This document shows, in pieces, positions 59,808 to 64,000 of a DNA stretch of 64,000 bases; the stretch's first letter is position 1; the number at the start of each line of letters is the position of its first letter. The stretch spans positions 39,053-103,052 of the forward strand of contig DATIIB010000003.1 of assembly GCA_035480055.1 (NCBI GenBank), written 5' to 3'. The translations under genes were made by a program, and so were the position numbers. Under the pieces are notes generated by a model. That model made no database searches. It was not told the origin of the DNA and saw nothing but the letters and a program-made list of their open reading frames with translations. This DNA is from Candidatus Saccharimonadales bacterium. GTDB lineage: Bacteria > Patescibacteriota > Saccharimonadia > Saccharimonadales > DASZAF01.

Positions 59808-60848
59808 ATGAGTGTCTTTACGACTGAACAGTTTTCCCAAGATGTGGCAACCGGCTTAATACTCGCATTTCTGGGCTTCGCAATCGCCATGGTGCTGACG
59901 CCTTTGTACACGGCGCTGGCTTACCGTTACAAATTCTGGAAAAAACCTCGCAAAACATCGGTCACTGGTGAGACCGCAAAGGTGTTTCAAAAGCTGCACG
60001 CGGCCAAGCATCGCCGTCATATTCCAACCATGGCTGGAGTGGTGACGGTGCTGAGTGTTGGGTCGGTGACCTTTTTGTTTAACTTGGATCGACAGCAAAC
60101 CTGGTTACCATTGGCTGCCATGGCTGGAGCGGCGGCAGTCGGGTTGATCGACGATCTGATTAACATCCGCGGTGTTGGGCAGGGCGTTGCCGGGCTTAAC
60201 TCCAAAATTAAATTTTTGCTCATTACCTTGGTTGCCTTGGCTGGCGGCTGGTACTTCTTTTACAAGCTTGGCTACGATGCGATCCACATTCCGTTTGTTG
60301 GCAACTGGCAGCTTGGAATGTGGCTGATTCCGATCTTTGCCTTTGTGATCGTGGCTACAGCTAACGCGGTAAATATCAGTGATGGTTTGGACGGTCTGGC
60401 CGGTGGTTTGCTGACCATTGCTTTTGCAGTTTATGGGATGATTGCCTTTTTGCAAGACAACATTGGCATTGCCGGCTTCTGCGTGACGCTGGTAGGCGCG
60501 TTGCTCGCGTATGTGTGGTTCAATATTTATCCGGCGCGTTTCTTTATGGGCGACGTGGGGTCGTTTGCATTAGGAACGGCCTTGGGCGTGGTGGCCATGC
60601 TCACCAATACTTTGGCTTTGCTGCCGATTATCGGTTTGGTCTTTGTGGCCGAAGCGGGTTCAGCTTTGATTCAAATTCTGTCCAAAAAGATTCTGCACCG
60701 TAAGATCTTTTTATCAGCACCGATTCATCACCATCTTGAGGCGCTGGGCTGGCCGGAGACCAAAGTGACTATGCGCTTTTGGGTAATCGGTGCCGTTTCG
60801 GGTGTGCTGGGTCTGATCATTGCTCTGGTGGGAGGGCATATTATCTGA
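59808..60848 (+). CDS. mraY: Phospho-N-acetylmuramoyl-pentapeptide transferase
   Basis: 10-TM protein with NAVNISDGLDGLA, MGDVGS and HHH.E motifs. Confidence 0.9.
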   Translation: MSVFTTEQFSQDVATGLILAFLGFAIAMVLTPLYTALAYRYKFWKKPRKTSVTGETAKVFQKLHAAKHRRHIPTMAGVVTVLSVGSVTFLFNLDRQQTWLPLAAMAGAAAVGLIDDLINIRGVGQGVAGLNSKIKFLLITLVALAGGWYFFYKLGYDAIHIPFVGNWQLGMWLIPIFAFVIVATANAVNISDGLDGLAGGLLTIAFAVYGMIAFLQDNIGIAGFCVTLVGALLAYVWFNIYPARFFMGDVGSFALGTALGVVAMLTNTLALLPIIGLVFVAEAGSALIQILSKKILHRKIFLSAPIHHHLEALGWPETKVTMRFWVIGAVSGVLGLIIALVGGHII

Positions 60849-62074
60849 TGGAACGCTTTCGTCGCCATCGTCCAGATTACCTCATCACCTTGAGTATGGT
60901 GGTGCTGATGTTGCTGGGTTTGGTGATCATTTACGCGGTCAGTCCGGCTTTGGCCGAGCGCATTAACGCGACAGGTCAAGGCGGGAACTTGGACCACAAC
61001 CACTTTATGTATCGCCAGTTGGGCTACTTGGTCATTGGCGTGATTGCCTTTTTGGTCACGGCATTTGTGCCGCTTGATTTCTGGCGGAAATGCCGCACGC
61101 AGATCTTTGGTGCCGCAGTGGTTTTGAGCGTGCTGCTCGTTCTTTTGCCAGGCGCTTTGACCATTAGCGTGAACGGGGCCACACGTTGGATTAACCTTGG
61201 ATTTATCTCTTTTCAGCCAGCTGAGCTGTTGAAGTTTGGGCTGGTAATCTTTATGGCAGCATTTCTGTCATCGCGGATTCGCGAGCAAAAGCTGGATAGT
61301 CGTGACGAAACGATTATGCCGCTGGTTATTATCCTTGGGCTGGTGAGCCTTTTGGTCGTCGTTGCTCAAAAAGATATGGGAACGATGTTTGCGCTGCTGG
61401 CAATCTTTCTTGTTTCGCTGTACATGGCCGGAGTGAATCGCCGCAATATGGCCATGCTGATTGGGGGAATAATTGCCGCGGGCGTACTGCTGGTGGTGAC
61501 CTTTCCACACCGCATGGCACGTATTTTGACTTTCTTAAATCCCCAAGGTGACCCCAATGGCGCTGGGTATCACATCAATCAAGCGCTGATCGCGGTTGGC
61601 AGTGGCGGATTTAGTGGTCGCGGTTTGGGGCAGAGCATTCAAGCCTTCGGTTACTTGCCAGAGGCGGCGAACGATTCAATCTTTGCCATCTTAGCCGAGA
61701 AGTTTGGATTTATCGGCACTATTATCGTGTTATGTATTTTTGGCTTCCTGTTCTTCCGTATTATCCGAGTGATGGAACGTGCGCCGACCGATTACATGCG
61801 GCTTCTTGTGGCTGGGGTATTCGGCTGGTTGGTCGCTCACACTTTGGTAAATATTGGCGCCATGTTGAGTGTATTGCCACTTACTGGGGTGACATTACCG
61901 TTTTTGAGTTTTGGTGGCACAAGCTTGCTGTTTATTATGGCTGCGCTTGGGCTAGTGGTTAACGTATCCCGTTACACGGTACATAGCTCTGGAAAGGAGG
62001 AGGCGACCAATGCGAATACTCGTCGCGGGCGGCGGCTCGGGGGGTCACGTCACCCCAGTCTTAGCAATTCTTGA
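60848..62074 (+). CDS. ftsW: SEDS-family peptidoglycan polymerase FtsW
   Basis: 10-TM SEDS pattern (RWINLGFISFQPAELLK, DMGT, PEAANDSIFA, LPLTGVTLPFLSFGG). TGATG overlap with mraY. Confidence 0.9.
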   Translation: MERFRRHRPDYLITLSMVVLMLLGLVIIYAVSPALAERINATGQGGNLDHNHFMYRQLGYLVIGVIAFLVTAFVPLDFWRKCRTQIFGAAVVLSVLLVLLPGALTISVNGATRWINLGFISFQPAELLKFGLVIFMAAFLSSRIREQKLDSRDETIMPLVIILGLVSLLVVVAQKDMGTMFALLAIFLVSLYMAGVNRRNMAMLIGGIIAAGVLLVVTFPHRMARILTFLNPQGDPNGAGYHINQALIAVGSGGFSGRGLGQSIQAFGYLPEAANDSIFAILAEKFGFIGTIIVLCIFGFLFFRIIRVMERAPTDYMRLLVAGVFGWLVAHTLVNIGAMLSVLPLTGVTLPFLSFGGTSLLFIMAALGLVVNVSRYTVHSSGKEEATNANTRRGRRLGGSRHPSLSNS

Positions 62075-63203
62075 AGCCCTTTCTCAGACACAGCCGGATC
62101 TGCAGATCTGTTTTGTGTGTGACAAAAAATTTGCACCACAAGCGCGGACGATTTTGGCGCGTTCGAGTTTACCGATCACCCTAAAAACGGTGCAAGCTGG
62201 CAAGCTTCGTCGTTACTATGGAGTTCCGTTGTGGAAACAGTTACTGGATATTCCTACAGTTCTGCTGAATATCCGCGACAGTTTTTTGATTGGTATAGGC
62301 TTGGTGCAGAGCTTTTTGCTCCTCGGAAAGTTCAAGCCCGCGGTGGTATTCGGCAAAGGTGGCTTTGTCTGCTTGCCCGTGGGCATTGCGACGCATTGGC
62401 GAAAAATTCCATTGGTTATTCATGATTCCGACGCGCACCCCGGGCTGACTAATCGAGTGCTGGCCAAATGGGCAACCGCCATTGCTACTGGCACGCCGCT
62501 CGAGAATTACAATTATGACCGAACGAGAAGCAAGTATGTGGGCGTTCCGGTGGCAACTCAATTCCAACCGCCAACTCCAGAGGAGCAAGCCGCGCTCAAG
62601 AAAAAATATGTGAGCGATCCAACGCATCGTTTAGTAACCATGGTCGGTGGCGGTCTTGGTGCAGGTTCACTCAACAAAGCCATGCTGGCGATTGCTCCTA
62701 CCCTTGTTAAAGAAGGTGTGGAGGTTATTATGGTCACGGGAACGCTGCATGGTGACGCAGTTACTGCCGAATTGCAGCAGGTGCTCAAAGATCCAGCCGA
62801 TCAACGCATGTATCATGTCGAACCGTTTGTAGATGCTGAGAAGATGGCTGATATACTTGCCGCGGCCGATGCTGTGGTGAGCCGGGGTGGGGCAACAGCG
62901 ATGGCGGAGTTGAGCGCGCTTGGCAAAGCAACGGTGTTGGTGCCAAGTCCGCACCTTACCGGTGGGCAACAACTCAAGAATGCCAAGGCTTTTGAAGAGG
63001 CGGGCGCGGTCGTATTGGTCGAAGATACCAAGCTGCAAAAGAATAGTACAATTTTAGAACACGCTTTATTATGGATTCTCAAGAATCCCGCCACTCAAAA
63101 GACCTTGCAGACACATATTCTTACTTTTGCCAAACCGCAGGCGGCGAAAGAAGTAGCTGAGATGATAATCGAAGCAGCAGGGCAGGGGAGAAGCGAGCGA
63201 TGA
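62010..63203 (+). CDS. murG: UDP-N-acetylglucosamine--N-acetylmuramyl-(pentapeptide) pyrophosphoryl-undecaprenol GlcNAc transferase
   Basis: MRILVAGGGSGGHVTPVLAI N-terminus and C-terminal VSRGGATAMAEL. GGAGGAGG SD. Overlaps the ftsW end by 65 nt. Confidence 0.9.
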   Translation: MRILVAGGGSGGHVTPVLAILEALSQTQPDLQICFVCDKKFAPQARTILARSSLPITLKTVQAGKLRRYYGVPLWKQLLDIPTVLLNIRDSFLIGIGLVQSFLLLGKFKPAVVFGKGGFVCLPVGIATHWRKIPLVIHDSDAHPGLTNRVLAKWATAIATGTPLENYNYDRTRSKYVGVPVATQFQPPTPEEQAALKKKYVSDPTHRLVTMVGGGLGAGSLNKAMLAIAPTLVKEGVEVIMVTGTLHGDAVTAELQQVLKDPADQRMYHVEPFVDAEKMADILAAADAVVSRGGATAMAELSALGKATVLVPSPHLTGGQQLKNAKAFEEAGAVVLVEDTKLQKNSTILEHALLWILKNPATQKTLQTHILTFAKPQAAKEVAEMIIEAAGQGRSER

Positions 63204-64000
63204 AGCTACTTGGGAGGCGTAAAAAAGAGGTGCCGCCGCGAAGGCGGGCAGCGAGCGTACGACTTGAAGACGAGAGTAATAAATTCCGTCGTAGCGCCAC
63301 GTTAACCGGAAGCTTGTCTGATGATGTTCGAGCTGGCGCTGAAGAACGCGCCCAATTACAGACCGCTCGCACAGAAGCTCAAGCGAAGCGAAAAAAACAA
63401 CGACGCTTTGTGCGTCGATTGATTACGGCAGGCATTTTTGGTCTGCTACTGTTGGCACTTGCGATGAATTTGGTGCGTACTTCTACGGTGACGTATGCTG
63501 GACATCCAAGCCACTTACCCAGCACTACGCCGTATAGTACCTCTGCTAAGGAGTTTACTGGAAGCAGCTTGGGTAATCGCCTGGTGCTTACCATTAACAC
63601 CGCCAAGCTCGGCGCCTATATCATGCAGCAGCACAAGGAAGTCGCCAGTGTGCAGGTGGACCGTCGGGTATTCCATAGTACGCTTGATATTACGGTCACT
63701 TTGCGCAAGCCAGTACTTATCTGGCAGACCACGCACGATGCGCAGGCCTTTTATGTTGACGCGAACGGGACAAGTTTTAGCGTAAATGCCTATGGCAATG
63801 ATCAGCAGTTGGTGCATGTGAACGACGAAAGCGGCGTGCCCGCGGAACTTGGCGTTCCGGTGGCATCCAGTCGGCAGATTAGCTTTTTGGGACAGTTCGT
63901 CGGGCAACTCGCCCAGTCTTCGCAGAACAAACTGCAGGTGACGAAGATTGTGTTTCCATCCTCATCCACCAAAGAGATCGACGTCTATATTACCGGACGC
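63200..64000 (+). CDS. ftsQ: Cell division protein FtsQ-like (POTRA domain), 3' end beyond window
   Basis: My own translation is open from ATG 63200 to the window end (267 codons). Basic N-terminus, one TM and a POTRA-like segment VASVQVDRRVFHSTLDITVTLRKPVLIWQT...FYVDANG. ATGA overlap with murG. Not in the ORF track because there is no stop in the window. Confidence 0.7.
   Translation, partial: MKLLGRRKKEVPPRRRAASVRLEDESNKFRRSATLTGSLSDDVRAGAEERAQLQTARTEAQAKRKKQRRFVRRLITAGIFGLLLLALAMNLVRTSTVTYAGHPSHLPSTTPYSTSAKEFTGSSLGNRLVLTINTAKLGAYIMQQHKEVASVQVDRRVFHSTLDITVTLRKPVLIWQTTHDAQAFYVDANGTSFSVNAYGNDQQLVHVNDESGVPAELGVPVASSRQISFLGQFVGQLAQSSQNKLQVTKIVFPSSSTKEIDVYITGR

Noticed and set aside
1-64000. 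Scan for CRISPR arrays, rRNA/tRNA/tmRNA/RNase P/SRP RNA signatures, transposases, integrases, phage genes, T-box or common riboswitch cores
   Set aside because: I could recognise none by eye. The only repeated DNA I found is the ~90-nt hairpin element. A proper scan with cmsearch, tRNAscan or ISEScan is still needed to exclude them.

Overview
This is a gene-dense 64-kb chromosomal segment with about 68 protein genes, mostly on the + strand. Many start/stop overlaps are of the ATGA or TAATG type. Housekeeping genes dominate. They include four aminoacyl-tRNA synthetases (proS, lysS, serS, glyQS) and greA, secA, prfB, hpf, rpmA, recO, xseAB and rnhA. A division/cell-wall block (ftsE-ftsX-PcsB-like CHAP hydrolase, FemX-like transferase, Ctp protease, murD) and a dcw cluster (mraZ-rsmH-ftsL-ftsI-mraY-ftsW-murG-ftsQ) run off the 3' end. 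I recognised no rRNA, tRNA, CRISPR array, transposase or integrase. TGA is used as a stop and RF2 is present, so the standard code applies. The gene content includes a monoderm-type envelope (LCP, FemX-like, PcsB-like), receiver-only response regulators, a CarS-like lipid gene and few metabolic genes. Together with the compact style, this suggests a reduced-genome Patescibacteria/CPR (Saccharibacteria-like) organism; this is inference only. The main observations are: (1) A ~90-nt long-hairpin element occurs twice in opposite orientation, at 26.3 kb and inside the dcw operon at 57.9 kb. The two copies differ by compensatory base changes, and each sits within a larger structure of complementary pyrimidine-rich and purine-rich arms. 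(2) Sixteen genes have a -10-like box 6-11 nt from the start codon, implying leaderless mRNAs. (3) A predicted 2H-phosphoesterase is fused to peptide deformylase. (4) A three-gene overlapping lipid head-group module combines a CDP-alcohol transferase, a PHP phosphoesterase and a CarS-like enzyme. (5) An accessory stretch at 41.5-48 kb holds a possible orphan KwaB/DUF4868-like gene, a TrmB regulator with a clear TGTCC-N8-GGACA double operator, and several unknown genes. (6) A compositionally atypical 505-aa acidic orphan lies at 29.2-30.7 kb. All functional calls rest on motif recognition by eye; no database search was possible.
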